From the IMG/VR virus record IMGVR_UViG_3300013233_000235, positions 140,042 through 204,041 of that record: 64,000 nucleotides of DNA, one strand, 5' to 3'. This document shows, in pieces, positions 39,226 to 49,962 of the stretch. The translations under genes were made by a program, and so were the position numbers. Every line of letters begins with the position of its first letter. Position 1 is the first letter of the stretch. The notes beneath the pieces were generated by a model. It had not been told where the DNA came from. It saw nothing but the letters and a program-made list of their open reading frames with translations, and did not search any database.

Positions 39226-39436
39226 TATACATCCTTTCTAATTTGGCATAGTAGGCTTGTAAGTACTGAGTGTTCTTAGAGAACCACCTCATCACCTCGG
39301 GGTCATTTATCTCCGCCACCGACAATGCTGCTGACTCCATCTTCAATATGTCCAACACCCGCAGTATCTCACCATAGATGTCTGGCTTTTTTGTGAGGGT
39401 GGACAAGTTGGCAAACATTATATCTTCTCTAGCCAT
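39215..39436 (-). CDS. Small hypothetical protein
   Basis: SD AAGGAG. Confidence 0.65.
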   Translation of the reverse strand: MAREDIMFANLSTLTKKPDIYGEILRVLDILKMESAALSVAEINDPEVMRWFSKNTQYLQAYYAKLERMYNAH

Positions 39437-39462
39437 ATCGGGCTCCTTACCTGTAACGCATA

Positions 39463-39492
39463 TAAAACACGAGGTGGGGAAACCCCACCTCG
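39463..39492 (-). terminator. Intrinsic terminator after 39573-40592
   Basis: GAGGTGGGG/CCCCACCTC stem followed by GTGTTTT on the minus strand. Confidence 0.7.
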
Positions 39493-39572
39493 CGCCCTAG
39501 AATGGCCACTATGGGCTCTTCCCTTTCTAATAACCACGTTACCAAAATAACGTGGGTGTAACTAGCGGAACC

Positions 39573-40592
39573 TTATACCAAGGCATCCATTTCCTGCACA
39601 GACAGGCGAACCTGTGCTGCTTGGAACATGCTCATGCTGAAGGACTTGGTCACTGAATCCAGAGAGGTTAACACCTGGGTGTTAATCCACTTGCTGGTAG
39701 CAGGATCAAGCATCATTGCATTCACATTCAAGAAGTCACCAGAAAGACCATGGATCTCACTGTGGACCGCTTTAGCAGTAATGGAATCGTAGGTGTAAAC
39801 CTTACCATTGATTTTACCCATCAGTGCTGCGGCACCGGCACCGGCTTCGCTTTTCAGCTCGTTGATGGCGGCGGTCAGACTGGAGTGATCAGTTGTGGTA
39901 AGAGTGGTGATGTCACCGGTTACGATACCCTGTGCTGTCTCGTAATCAGTCAATGCTTTGTTAGCATCGACGATTGCTTGATCAACGGTCTGGCGGTAAG
40001 AGGCTAAGTCGCTAGCAGCGCCTTCTGCAACACCGGCCACTTCATTGATAGCACCAACCAGGTCGCTTTTATATGAAGTGGTAAGGTTAGCAACATCGCC
40101 CATATCAGCAACGATGTTGTTGATGGCAGCCTGCACTTCACCAAGAGTATCCATCGCAGCGGTAGCACCACTAACAACAGATTCTTTCATGGTTGCGATT
40201 TTGCTATCCATCAACTGGGTAAGCGTATCCGCGATGTTTTGATCAGCATTGATTGCATTTGAAATCTCAATCAAGGTGTTCAACGCATCAGGTGCGCCAC
40301 CGATCAAAGCTTGGATCTCACTACGGAATGAACCAGCGACGGTCGCATCACCATTGACTTGGTCAACAACCAATTTCAGCGCAGCCAATTCGGATACCGT
40401 GGCGAAGGTCTGTACGACAATGGCACCATTGACATCCAAAGAACTCAAACGCATGACTTTATCAGTGGTATTGTACCAGATACGACCAGCAACAATCGGA
40501 GATGGATCAACTGACAACTGCTCAGCATTCAGATCTTCGATCGCAGAACCTGGTACCAGGCTGATTCCATTAAACTGTTGATACTTTGACAT
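39573..40592 (-). CDS. Tail-fibre-like protein
   Basis: GAPDALNTLIEISNAI, LTTSYKSDLVGAINEV and LTTTDHSSLTAAINEL fibre motifs; SD AAGGA. Confidence 0.75.
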   Translation of the reverse strand: MSKYQQFNGISLVPGSAIEDLNAEQLSVDPSPIVAGRIWYNTTDKVMRLSSLDVNGAIVVQTFATVSELAALKLVVDQVNGDATVAGSFRSEIQALIGGAPDALNTLIEISNAINADQNIADTLTQLMDSKIATMKESVVSGATAAMDTLGEVQAAINNIVADMGDVANLTTSYKSDLVGAINEVAGVAEGAASDLASYRQTVDQAIVDANKALTDYETAQGIVTGDITTLTTTDHSSLTAAINELKSEAGAGAAALMGKINGKVYTYDSITAKAVHSEIHGLSGDFLNVNAMMLDPATSKWINTQVLTSLDSVTKSFSMSMFQAAQVRLSVQEMDALV

Positions 40593-40658
40593 AGGTAAAT
40601 CCTTAAAAGGTATGATTAAGGTCCCATTCCCATTCCCTGCCCGTCACATGCATTCGCA

Positions 40659-40910
40659 CTAACGGGGCTTTTTACCCAGAGCTCTGTCGCGGTATCTACG
40701 TAAAGTCAGAAGAACGCGATCAGTAGACAAACAACACGAGTTTGTGTGCCTTGTATACCACTCATCTTCAGGAACACTACTCTTGTAGACATAGCAATTC
40801 GTATCCAAATCGTAGCGTAACAGCTCGTTACTAGGGTCAGCCCCTATGAAAGCCGCAAAGTGCATGTTCTTTGACGGTACAGAGATTTCGTACGGTTTTT
40901 CCTTGCTCAT
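40659..40910 (-). CDS. Small hypothetical protein
   Basis: SD GGAG. Confidence 0.65.
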   Translation of the reverse strand: MSKEKPYEISVPSKNMHFAAFIGADPSNELLRYDLDTNCYVYKSSVPEDEWYTRHTNSCCLSTDRVLLTLRRYRDRALGKKPR

Positions 40911-40950
40911 TTTAAACTCCGCATATCATTAAAAATAATGCACCACAGTA

Positions 40951-43557
40951 TTAGACTTTTCCAAGGTCAATGGTGTCATTCACAGTGAGCACATCTGCGA
41001 CCTTGATGGCCCCTATATTAACCAATGCGTCGATGGCCGCTTGTACCGATACTGGTACCGCCGTATCAAGCTGGCCAGCAATTAGCAAAGGCGCCTGGTT
41101 AGCCACCTCGCTGTTTACTAATGCTGGTACTTGGCTGGTCACCTCGGCTGGTAACTTAGCAGAAACCTCAGTGGGTAGTCCTGCCGCAACAGCGGTGGTT
41201 ACAGCACCGGGCAGTTTGGAATCCACATCCGTGGTTACAGCGCCGGGGACAACGGCATTGACAGCGGTTGTTATCAGAGCCGGAGCTTGGTTAGCCACCT
41301 CGGCTGGTAGTTTAGCAGCAACCTCGGTGCCCACAGATGTGCCAATCTGGCCAGTCACCTCGGCTGGCAGTTTAGCAGCAACTTCTGTGGTTACAGCGCC
41401 TGGTACTGCCGTATTTACAGCGGTTGTTATCAGGGCTGGTGCCTGTTTAGTCACTTCGGCTGGTAACTTAAGACCAACTTCCGTTGCCACCAGTGGTGTG
41501 GCTTGGTTAGCCACCTCGGCTGGTAACACATTACCCACTTCTGTTGCAACGGAGGTGCCAATCTGCGTACCAACTTCCGCCGGTAGTTTAGCAGCAACTT
41601 CTGTGGTTAATGCTGCTGGTAACTGGGTACCAACTTCCGCCGGTAGTTTAGCAGCAACTTCTGTGGTTACGGCGCCTGGTACCGCCGTATTTACAGCGGT
41701 TGTTATCAGAGCCGGAGCTTGGTTAGCCACCTCGGCTGGTAGTTTAGCAGCAACTTCCGTTGCTACCAAGGGTGTGGCTTGGTTAGCCACCTCGGCTGGT
41801 AACACATTACCCACCTCTGTTGCAACGGAGGTGCCAATCTGGCCAGTCACCTCGGCTGGCAGTTTAGCAGCAACTTCTGTGGTTAATGCTGCTGGTAACT
41901 GGGTACCAACTTCCGCCGGTAACTTAGCAGCAACTTCTGCGGTTACAGCGGTGGGTAGCTGCTTAGTAACCTCAGTACCAACGACTGTGCTAAGTTGTAG
42001 CGCCACGGTGTCGGTGATAATGGGGGTCGCCAGCGTGGCGATCTCAGTGGCTAGGTTAGCCGATAACTGTTTGGTTACCTCGGCCGACACACTGGTTGGC
42101 AACGCCGCTGCTAGGGCTGTGGTAATCTCTGTAGGTAATTTGGTACCTAGCTGGTTGGCGATATCCACGGTGATCTGGTCCGTCAACTGTGTTGTTACCT
42201 CCGCCGTAACAGCGGCCGGTAACAGCTTGCCAATCTCCACAGTGATGCTATTACCGATTTGTGCACCCACCTCAATCGCAACCAGATTAGGGAGGTTTGC
42301 CACCATATACACTGCCACCTCATTAGCGAGGTTTGTACCTAAGGTGTTGGTTATGATGGTGGTGAGATTACCCAGGTCGGTGGCCTGCTGTGCCGTGATG
42401 TTCTGGATGTGCGCCGGTAAGGCTAGTTGTACACCCAGTGTGTCAATAGCCGCCCCTACTGCATTCGCAACCACGGTTGGCAAGGTGTCTGCCACAAACG
42501 CCGTCAATGCGGTACTAACACCGGCATTAACACTATCCGGTATAGTGACGCTCTTTATAGAGTTCATGGATGTGGTGACAGCTGCCGCCACGTTATCCGC
42601 TATAACCGTGGACTGATTAACCAGGTCTGTAACAAGTTGCTGACTTATATCGCTAAAGTAAGCTGGCGGGGAGTATGGTGCTGGTAGCTTCCCAACCTCT
42701 GTGTTAACTGTGGCCTGGATCTGGCCTGGAATATCTTCAATCGTGAGTTTTCTTCCGACCTCCGCTGTGACAGCATCTGCCAATGTTGCACTACCCAGTT
42801 GCTTGGTAACCTCCGCTGATACCCCAGCCGGAAGTGTGTTGGCTAGCAAGGGGTCCCACAACGTTGTTAATGCCGCCGACACCTTACCGGGAATGTCTTG
42901 GGCAGTTAGTGCACCAACCAGCTGCGTGGCTATCTTACCGGGGATGTCTTGGGCTGTAAGGCTAGTTAGTACCTGTGCGGCCACAGCCTCACCAAGCCTG
43001 TTATTGAGGCCCAGTGTGATACCATCCGTGACTGCTTGTGCGATGGTGCCCGGCAGGTTCAGTGTGGTTATCTGGGACGTAACCTCTGTACCGATCTGTA
43101 AAGGCACGTTCATGGCGGTGAAGGCGGTGGTTATCTGGTTGCTGACCTCTGTGGGTATGGTTGTACTCTTTAACAGAGTTACCGCGGTATCAAGCAACAG
43201 CTTGCTGGTAGTGTCAACCACTGTGCGTAACGCCTTAAGATCGGTGACGTCCGCAGCTGTCATCAACTGAATATGCGATGGCAGTATTGTGGTTAGATCG
43301 ATGTTACCAACTGCGGTGGCAGCGGCAGCATCCACGGTGCTGTTAATACCATTTACAGCGGCAACCACATCGGCCGATAGCAACCCCAGATCAATCCACG
43401 GGGAGTTTGCAATACCTGGGCTAAACCATAGTGAGCCATCCACGGTGATAAGGGCTGGCATTGATATAACAGTCGGTGTTGGCGGCACGGCCGCGTATAC
43501 CGGTAGTACGAAGTCTGACTTAAACTCCAACCGGCTTAGTACTTGAATGCTTGGCAT
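40951..43557 (-). CDS. Repetitive Ala/Val/Thr-rich fibrous virion protein
   Basis: EVAAKLPA (8 aa) and EVxxQxPxxxTT (12 aa) units; 276-nt higher-order duplication. Confidence 0.75.
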   Translation of the reverse strand: MPSIQVLSRLEFKSDFVLPVYAAVPPTPTVISMPALITVDGSLWFSPGIANSPWIDLGLLSADVVAAVNGINSTVDAAAATAVGNIDLTTILPSHIQLMTAADVTDLKALRTVVDTTSKLLLDTAVTLLKSTTIPTEVSNQITTAFTAMNVPLQIGTEVTSQITTLNLPGTIAQAVTDGITLGLNNRLGEAVAAQVLTSLTAQDIPGKIATQLVGALTAQDIPGKVSAALTTLWDPLLANTLPAGVSAEVTKQLGSATLADAVTAEVGRKLTIEDIPGQIQATVNTEVGKLPAPYSPPAYFSDISQQLVTDLVNQSTVIADNVAAAVTTSMNSIKSVTIPDSVNAGVSTALTAFVADTLPTVVANAVGAAIDTLGVQLALPAHIQNITAQQATDLGNLTTIITNTLGTNLANEVAVYMVANLPNLVAIEVGAQIGNSITVEIGKLLPAAVTAEVTTQLTDQITVDIANQLGTKLPTEITTALAAALPTSVSAEVTKQLSANLATEIATLATPIITDTVALQLSTVVGTEVTKQLPTAVTAEVAAKLPAEVGTQLPAALTTEVAAKLPAEVTGQIGTSVATEVGNVLPAEVANQATPLVATEVAAKLPAEVANQAPALITTAVNTAVPGAVTTEVAAKLPAEVGTQLPAALTTEVAAKLPAEVGTQIGTSVATEVGNVLPAEVANQATPLVATEVGLKLPAEVTKQAPALITTAVNTAVPGAVTTEVAAKLPAEVTGQIGTSVGTEVAAKLPAEVANQAPALITTAVNAVVPGAVTTDVDSKLPGAVTTAVAAGLPTEVSAKLPAEVTSQVPALVNSEVANQAPLLIAGQLDTAVPVSVQAAIDALVNIGAIKVADVLTVNDTIDLGKV

Positions 43558-43558
43558 G

Positions 43559-45250
43559 TTATCTCCTTATCTTCGCCTTTAAGAACGAGGGGTTGGCTAG
43601 AATGGCGCGGATATTATTTGCATCGACAATCTCCACGCGCATGGCGTCTCTTCTCCACACGTTATCAATATCTAACACGTAGATCTCGACTTCCGGGATG
43701 TCTTCATTAAGCTGGTGGTTAATCAAATGGATAGATTTAGCCACATCAGATGTGTACCGGTATACCCCATCCGTGATTGTTTTAATTGCTAGCTCGGTAC
43801 TGATTAGCCGGCTAGTAACAGTCACCATGGATGCATCAACTTCCGTCATCCGATCCATGAGTAACAGATGCTCATTATGCGCAACTATGTGCTCGTTACC
43901 AATCTCTTCCAAGATGGGTTGTACGACTATCCTGCTATTCACACCGGTGGGTGTTTCAAAGGATATGGTGTTGAGCCCACGCATAGACAAACGCACCATC
44001 TCCATAGCGAACTGGCCATTCGACCCTTCAACCCACAAAGTGGCTGTCACAAAACCGGTATTGAGTCTGTGGTTATAGATGGTCGAGGTACTGGGTGCCG
44101 TGGTGCGACCGATGTACGCGTTCTGCAATGGTGCTTGTATAATGGCGCGTATATTTACGGCCACATCGGTGGTTACCACGATATTCTTACCATCGACCAT
44201 CCGCGTGCTGGCGACAGCCCTACGCCATACACCCTGATCGTTAACCCATAAACACATCGATGGGTACATGGTGTTAAGGTTATGCACCATGGGGTGGTCA
44301 GTTTTAGGGACCAGGGATTCATATATGAAAGAACCTGTCCCCATCAGACGCACGGTTATTCTTACGCGCAATGGCTCGTCAGATGTAATAACCACTACAT
44401 CGGGGTGGGTCATCGCCACATCCGATAGTGGGATACTGAACAGCCCATCCGAGTCCTGCGCCCACACCTGCACATCTAAATCGTAACTATTCAGACCGTG
44501 TACAAACGTGTGAACCAACTCGGCGGTGTCGCTGCTATAGGCCTTACCGCTGGATAATGGTACTTGTGCGAAATACCCGTTCTCGATGGTGTTCTTAATG
44601 GATGCCTGTAACTCCAACAGTGCGTTGAACTCGTTGCGCATTGCTAAGAAATCACCAAGGACCGTTGCCTGCTGCACGTCCAGTGTGGACTGGCGAAGCT
44701 CCAGGTCGGTCACCTGCTTGATACCCACAGTGTCCGCTTGTGGGGCAAGTGGTTTTACAGCCTCTTTTATGGCCTCGATGCCCTGCGTTAATGCGGAGCA
44801 TGCTAAGTCATTGTTAAGAAGTGGATTTGTATGACGCGTGTTATATTCCAGGTTTCCCCGGAATGATAGCCACGTGGCTGGGTCCAGCTTATCGAATGGG
44901 GCACTGTTAATTGAATCCAGCAGACCTTGGTCAACATACCCTGTACCAACCGCCTGGTAACGTACACGGATGTACTTGTAAGCGCCCCTGATTACTAGGT
45001 AGCTATACACCTCCTCCGATGTCACCTCGCTGACAGACAAGAACATGGGAGAGAAGAATACATCACGCTGAGCTATAAGGGGGGTCCAGACAGGTATTGT
45101 TAGGGAATCCCCACCCTCAACTATCAGACCCCTGCGGTAAAAAGCACCGGCTGACAAGATGACACCCACTGACGATGTCAGCGAGTGTATCTCATCGGGT
45201 ATAAGGTTATCCACACTAGCAGCGGTGTGGTCGTACGAATAAGTAGCCAT
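43559..45250 (-). CDS. phiKZ-like virion protein with four HxLN beta-domain repeats
   Basis: DNLIPDEIH N-domain; VHGLNS, VHNLNT, NHRLNT, NHQLNE. Confidence 0.75.
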   Translation of the reverse strand: MATYSYDHTAASVDNLIPDEIHSLTSSVGVILSAGAFYRRGLIVEGGDSLTIPVWTPLIAQRDVFFSPMFLSVSEVTSEEVYSYLVIRGAYKYIRVRYQAVGTGYVDQGLLDSINSAPFDKLDPATWLSFRGNLEYNTRHTNPLLNNDLACSALTQGIEAIKEAVKPLAPQADTVGIKQVTDLELRQSTLDVQQATVLGDFLAMRNEFNALLELQASIKNTIENGYFAQVPLSSGKAYSSDTAELVHTFVHGLNSYDLDVQVWAQDSDGLFSIPLSDVAMTHPDVVVITSDEPLRVRITVRLMGTGSFIYESLVPKTDHPMVHNLNTMYPSMCLWVNDQGVWRRAVASTRMVDGKNIVVTTDVAVNIRAIIQAPLQNAYIGRTTAPSTSTIYNHRLNTGFVTATLWVEGSNGQFAMEMVRLSMRGLNTISFETPTGVNSRIVVQPILEEIGNEHIVAHNEHLLLMDRMTEVDASMVTVTSRLISTELAIKTITDGVYRYTSDVAKSIHLINHQLNEDIPEVEIYVLDIDNVWRRDAMRVEIVDANNIRAILANPSFLKAKIRR

Positions 45251-46234
45251 CTAACCCACCTTCATTATTGATAGACCGCAGGCTATGCCAGGGCCAGCAA
45301 TGACGCATGTCACGGGAACGCCATCGGATGACTGAACCTCCAAACCTATAATCTGATTTGTAGATACTCCAACAACAGACCCGTAAATGGGGGATGTTGT
45401 AACCGGTAGGCCATCTATAACGTAACGGAATATGCCCCTCAGTTTTGTACCATCAACATCCAGAATGGTGGGGTTGCCAGCCATGTTCACCATATAGGTG
45501 CCACTGACACCCGGTTTAATAACTACCCCGGTGGGCACCCACGTATTTTCGCCAATGTTTCCGAGGTCCTTGGAAGCACTACCCGTATTAGCTTGGAAGT
45601 AAATCTGTCTACTGGACTCTGTCGCCTGGACGACGGATTCAGCGAGGGTGCGCATGCTAGACACGATTGGGAAAACCAGTGAATCATTTAGATCCTGGAT
45701 ATCGGACATGCTGATGTTGCGCGACGGATTCTCTAGAGCGACAGCCATGCCGGCCATCGCCTCTAGAATTCTTGGTACACCGTCTATGGATGTGAAGGGT
45801 ACATTGTGCGGAGTGTGTGGGAAGGTTGCTGGTACGTCGGCGATTGCATCCCAGTCGGTCGTGGTCAGTGCGGTCAGTGTGTCCAGACCCTGTTTCACGA
45901 TCTGTGGGACCACATCAGCCAATTCCCCACCGAGCGTCCTATAGACTAATACGTAAGACCCGCTGGTGGTGGGGTCCATGAAACCGAACCCCCCAACCAC
46001 GCGCTTATTCGTATTATCGGTGGCGGTTTCGTACGGATAGGCCATGAATATCTCATTGCCTTCTGTTAGAACTGTTCCTGATTCCTTATCAATCACCACC
46101 AAGCTATCCGCGTAAAACGGGGACACATCTGGTATGACGTAATTCAGTGAAACCCCGTTAGCGGCGGTTATGGTATGAACTTCGTTTGGGATCAAATTCT
46201 CCGGCAACGTCCCCAGTGGATCGAATGGGTACAT
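45251..46234 (-). CDS. phiKZ-like virion (tail-tip/baseplate) protein
   Basis: YPFDPLGTLPENLIPNEVH..PFY..YRTLGG..W..I.DVPATFP. Confidence 0.75.
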   Translation of the reverse strand: MYPFDPLGTLPENLIPNEVHTITAANGVSLNYVIPDVSPFYADSLVVIDKESGTVLTEGNEIFMAYPYETATDNTNKRVVGGFGFMDPTTSGSYVLVYRTLGGELADVVPQIVKQGLDTLTALTTTDWDAIADVPATFPHTPHNVPFTSIDGVPRILEAMAGMAVALENPSRNISMSDIQDLNDSLVFPIVSSMRTLAESVVQATESSRQIYFQANTGSASKDLGNIGENTWVPTGVVIKPGVSGTYMVNMAGNPTILDVDGTKLRGIFRYVIDGLPVTTSPIYGSVVGVSTNQIIGLEVQSSDGVPVTCVIAGPGIACGLSIMKVG

Positions 46235-46293
46235 ATTTCTCTCCTTATATGGGTGGTTCGCATATAATTAAATTGAATGGAACAGTGATTATT

Positions 46294-47514
46294 ATGTTTG
46301 AATTGGTAAAAATATACGTACGTACCGGCCGAAAGTGGGAGACCATATCGGCGGACGGACTGGCGGTTGGTGACCTTTTAGATGGTTATCGGGAGACGCG
46401 GCTTATCATATTAGGCTCGGGGGTCCCCATCACCACTGTTGATCTTAAAACACTTTGTATCGGCATCCCCGCAGAGGAATCCACCATGGGCATCGTGGCC
46501 TGGCTGGGCCTGCTCCAATCCATACCTAGGGACGCTGTTGTAAACCATCGCCGGCTAACCGAACTCGGTAAGATGCGGGTATCCAACGTATCCAACTATG
46601 CGGTATCTGTTGGCATTGGGGATGGCAGCCATGGGGATGGGGGTAGCGTGGCTATCGCCAGTGGGGCTGATATAATCATGCGGAACACTTCTGACGACGA
46701 CGTCACCAGTTACTTGCAGGAGAACTGCTTATTCTGCATTAACGGGTACGTGTTGACAAGCACGCTGGTGGGTGACAATCTGGTTATAGACCTGGGAGCA
46801 CCTTTCGCATGGGCCAACAGCCCTCGCCCATACACCGTAGATATTATCGACCTGAGTGAGCTAGGTTCGTGGGAGTGGGTACCATTTGCCGACTGTGCAT
46901 TGACCAGACAGCCTGATATGGATGCTGATCGCATACTCAACCATAGTCGGGTGCATGTCAACATCCCAAACCTCCATGAGTACACACCCATTGTGATACT
47001 GGATGGGATGCCCCACTTCTTAGATGGTACCTACGATGTGGTCAGTAAAGATACGCTGGAGATAACATTGGACCATACCAGGGTTACGGCCAACGTAATG
47101 AACTACCCCATTAGCCGTAACCTCACTGGCAATAAGACAAGTGGGTTTGTCTCCTATGACTTCGATCCGATTATGTACATGGGCGTACCTCAGAGTGGCA
47201 TGCTACTTATCAAGAATACAGACATCAACCTAGATATAACCCACCTCGGTGGCACGGGTATACCCGGTATGTACACCACTGGCGCACCAACCGACGGGCT
47301 GTTAATTGATACGCGTGGCAGGCCACATAGTTACCAATACGGGTTATCTAACGGTTACATCTGGGGGGTTACATGTAACCTCGGTTACCGTAAGGGGGAT
47401 CTGATGGAGGGGCAGTTTGGTGTGACGTACCGTGGGCACGTCCCCGTTGATGACAAACACCCTCGTTTAGAGGATGCACGGCTGTTGAACCTATACACAC
47501 TGACTTCGGTATAA
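46294..47514 (+). CDS. phiKZ-like virion structural protein
   Basis: ENCLFCINGY and TPIVILDG motifs; typical divergent position. Confidence 0.65.
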   Translation: MFELVKIYVRTGRKWETISADGLAVGDLLDGYRETRLIILGSGVPITTVDLKTLCIGIPAEESTMGIVAWLGLLQSIPRDAVVNHRRLTELGKMRVSNVSNYAVSVGIGDGSHGDGGSVAIASGADIIMRNTSDDDVTSYLQENCLFCINGYVLTSTLVGDNLVIDLGAPFAWANSPRPYTVDIIDLSELGSWEWVPFADCALTRQPDMDADRILNHSRVHVNIPNLHEYTPIVILDGMPHFLDGTYDVVSKDTLEITLDHTRVTANVMNYPISRNLTGNKTSGFVSYDFDPIMYMGVPQSGMLLIKNTDINLDITHLGGTGIPGMYTTGAPTDGLLIDTRGRPHSYQYGLSNGYIWGVTCNLGYRKGDLMEGQFGVTYRGHVPVDDKHPRLEDARLLNLYTLTSV

Positions 47515-47546
47515 AAGAACCCACGCCCGTTTGGGCGTGGGTTCTT
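47515..47546. terminator. Perfect 14-bp inverted repeat between convergent genes
   Basis: AAGAACCCACGCCC-GTTT-GGGCGTGGGTTCTT. Confidence 0.85.
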
Positions 47547-47551
47547 ATGAG

Positions 47552-48154
47552 CTATACCGCGATTTCTATCAATGATGCTTCCAATAATGCCACTTGCCGC
47601 TCTAGTCGTGTGCACCGATCCCGCCAGTGTTTCACTTCGGCATGACTGGAGGTTCTAGCGGCAATGGAGCCAGCCCTAGCCGCCAATAGCTTTGCCATAG
47701 CAGCTGGGCTAATAGCCTTCGAAGTCGGATAACGGTGGGTGGTTACTTTCGGAGCAACCCCTATAAGGTCACTAATGACATCTGATAACTGGGCTTTAAC
47801 CTCACCCAATAACACGTCGTCGGGCAGTAACCCGATATCAATGGAGAGTATGATGTCATTTACCGTGGCTGATATACCCGGTGGTGCCCCGACTATCAGC
47901 GAGCTGGGCATGGCTAGCCTAGCACTGGATATCACGCTGGACAACGTTATAATTTTAACGCCAGCCACCTTGTCAGCATCATACTTGGATTTGGACAAGC
48001 CGTTGGCCAAGTAATACGTGGGGTACACGTCGATACCCCTAGCCACCAGTGATGTAAAATCCTCGATGGCGGTGCACTTGTAAGACCCAGTGGGGTCTAT
48101 GTTAAACGGTGGTTCTAATACATAGACCCCCGATGCATCGATGAGTGGTATCAT
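47552..48154 (-). CDS. Conserved phiKZ-like hypothetical protein
   Basis: GVYVLEPPF..YKCTAI..DVYPTYY..IDIGLLPD. Confidence 0.7.
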   Translation of the reverse strand: MIPLIDASGVYVLEPPFNIDPTGSYKCTAIEDFTSLVARGIDVYPTYYLANGLSKSKYDADKVAGVKIITLSSVISSARLAMPSSLIVGAPPGISATVNDIILSIDIGLLPDDVLLGEVKAQLSDVISDLIGVAPKVTTHRYPTSKAISPAAMAKLLAARAGSIAARTSSHAEVKHWRDRCTRLERQVALLEASLIEIAV

Positions 48155-48156
48155 TA

Positions 48157-49482
48157 TCAGGCTCCGACTGGTAATGCTGCGAGATAACTCTCCCTAAGCA
48201 TGATGCGATGTTTAACGCCGTTGGTGATGTAAGCGATGTAGGCCAGCTCGCCATCCTGCATTAATTCCATACCTTGCGTCAGCGGCATTATGTTACCGAC
48301 CACCCTTACCGTTTCAGCTAACCGTAACCCTTCCTCGATCATGCGTATAGCATCGATGGTGGGGGTTTTTAATTTGGATAGGTTGGAGTCATTTACCCGG
48401 ATGTTAGCATAGTCCGGGTACAGTTCACGGAAGGGCGTATTGGCCCCAGTACCATCGGGAAATGTTAGAAACGCTATGGACTTATACATGGCCACAGTCG
48501 TATCGACGTCCACATCAGGATCTATCACTGCCGGGTATCGGACATTCAGCGCTTTTTCTCTGAAGTTGAACGGATTCACCATTGGCGAATATGCGTATGG
48601 TGTGGGCCCACTTGACCTGATAGCCTCACAGTCCCATGCTGGGATGATGGTTATCGAGTCTTGTATGATGATGTCTGGTATTCGGGATTGCCAGTATGCC
48701 GGTGTCTCGCCGGTGCGCCGTAGGACATATGTCCGGATAGCATCCAGTTGTTTTTGTGGATCGAGTGCCTGCTCTCCGAAACATACTAGCAACCATGTTA
48801 ACATCATGGATCTGCTGGTGTTTGGATCGATCCATTTAAGGTTCATGGTTTTAGCAGCAGTCATCGGGTCATTACCGGCAGTATCCTGCTGGGCATTAAC
48901 CCGATCCTCATAACTAACCTGGCTCGCAATGGTGGAGACCGTTGAATAGGATTGTTTGAGGTCATTGATGTCCGCAATGGGTGGTACCACCCTGATCTCA
49001 TACCCCCCATACTCTGATGAGAAATAACTATCGGCTAACCACACTTTCACATCTGACACGGCACCACCCGCATTATGTGTCCATGCCACCCATGCTGGGT
49101 ACTCAGCCCCATCAGCCACAATCACGGGGCCTGTGGATATGTTTGTTAAGCCGGGGTTTCTAGCTGAGATGATGTTTAGGTAGTTACCACCGCTAGAAGC
49201 ATTGATGATAAAGTCATCGAGTGTGGATAGCATATCCGTACTCGTAACCTCGGGGATGTCGTTCTCGACACCTTCCACGGCACATGAGAATACTGTTACA
49301 CCGATACTATCGTACTGCCGTGATGCCAGCTCTATTTGATGTGTGCTGAATGTCCGTGAGCGTCTAGAAAGCTCCCCGATTGGAGAGGTTTTTCCGGACA
49401 CCCGATCCAGCAATTTGTTGATTGTGCAAAATGCCCTAATTTTATAACCCATAATGTTCACCATAAGTGGATGTGCGTACAT
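48157..49482 (-). CDS. phiKZ-like virion structural protein
   Basis: SPIGELS..SRTFS..KVWLADSYFSSEY..EIRVVPP; start may be 49452. Confidence 0.7.
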   Translation of the reverse strand: MYAHPLMVNIMGYKIRAFCTINKLLDRVSGKTSPIGELSRRSRTFSTHQIELASRQYDSIGVTVFSCAVEGVENDIPEVTSTDMLSTLDDFIINASSGGNYLNIISARNPGLTNISTGPVIVADGAEYPAWVAWTHNAGGAVSDVKVWLADSYFSSEYGGYEIRVVPPIADINDLKQSYSTVSTIASQVSYEDRVNAQQDTAGNDPMTAAKTMNLKWIDPNTSRSMMLTWLLVCFGEQALDPQKQLDAIRTYVLRRTGETPAYWQSRIPDIIIQDSITIIPAWDCEAIRSSGPTPYAYSPMVNPFNFREKALNVRYPAVIDPDVDVDTTVAMYKSIAFLTFPDGTGANTPFRELYPDYANIRVNDSNLSKLKTPTIDAIRMIEEGLRLAETVRVVGNIMPLTQGMELMQDGELAYIAYITNGVKHRIMLRESYLAALPVGA

Positions 49483-49507
49483 AGAAATAACACAAAAAGG
49501 ATTGATT

Positions 49508-49954
49508 ATGAATATGGCTATTGATAGAGGTTACATGTGTTTCATATGGGAGACCACAACTGTGCGCACCAAAGCTATCGTACTTGGTTCAGTATGGGCG
49601 CTAATACTGATTACGCTGGCATCCATATTTTTACCAGCATCGGATGTCACCGCTAACACAATAACCACCATGACGCCTGAAGTAGTTAAGGCTGATATGC
49701 CACCTATCGTGGAAGTTATGACCATGCCCGCCCTGGAAACACCCACGGTGAACAAACAACCCCCAGTGGCACAAGTGCAACCACCCAAGGTAAAGCCGAC
49801 TGTGATCAGCCAGCCTAAGAAGGCACCCGAAGTCACTGTAAAATGTACACCCACCCGGGCACCACCGGCTGTTAGCCCACCCGCTAAGATTAATAATCAC
49901 GCCAATCTTAATAGAATGAACAGACTTAACAAACTACTAAACCAATACAGATAG
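49508..49954 (+). CDS. Membrane-anchored Pro-rich protein (i-spanin-like position)
   Basis: TM segment AIVLGSVWALILITLASIFL; SD AAGGA; precedes a lipoprotein. Confidence 0.5.
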   Translation: MNMAIDRGYMCFIWETTTVRTKAIVLGSVWALILITLASIFLPASDVTANTITTMTPEVVKADMPPIVEVMTMPALETPTVNKQPPVAQVQPPKVKPTVISQPKKAPEVTVKCTPTRAPPAVSPPAKINNHANLNRMNRLNKLLNQYR

Positions 49955-49962
49955 GAACTTTT

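Noticed and set aside
40970-43270. Long + strand ORFs (548 and 189 aa)
   Set aside because: Antisense shadows of the repetitive 40951-43557 gene.
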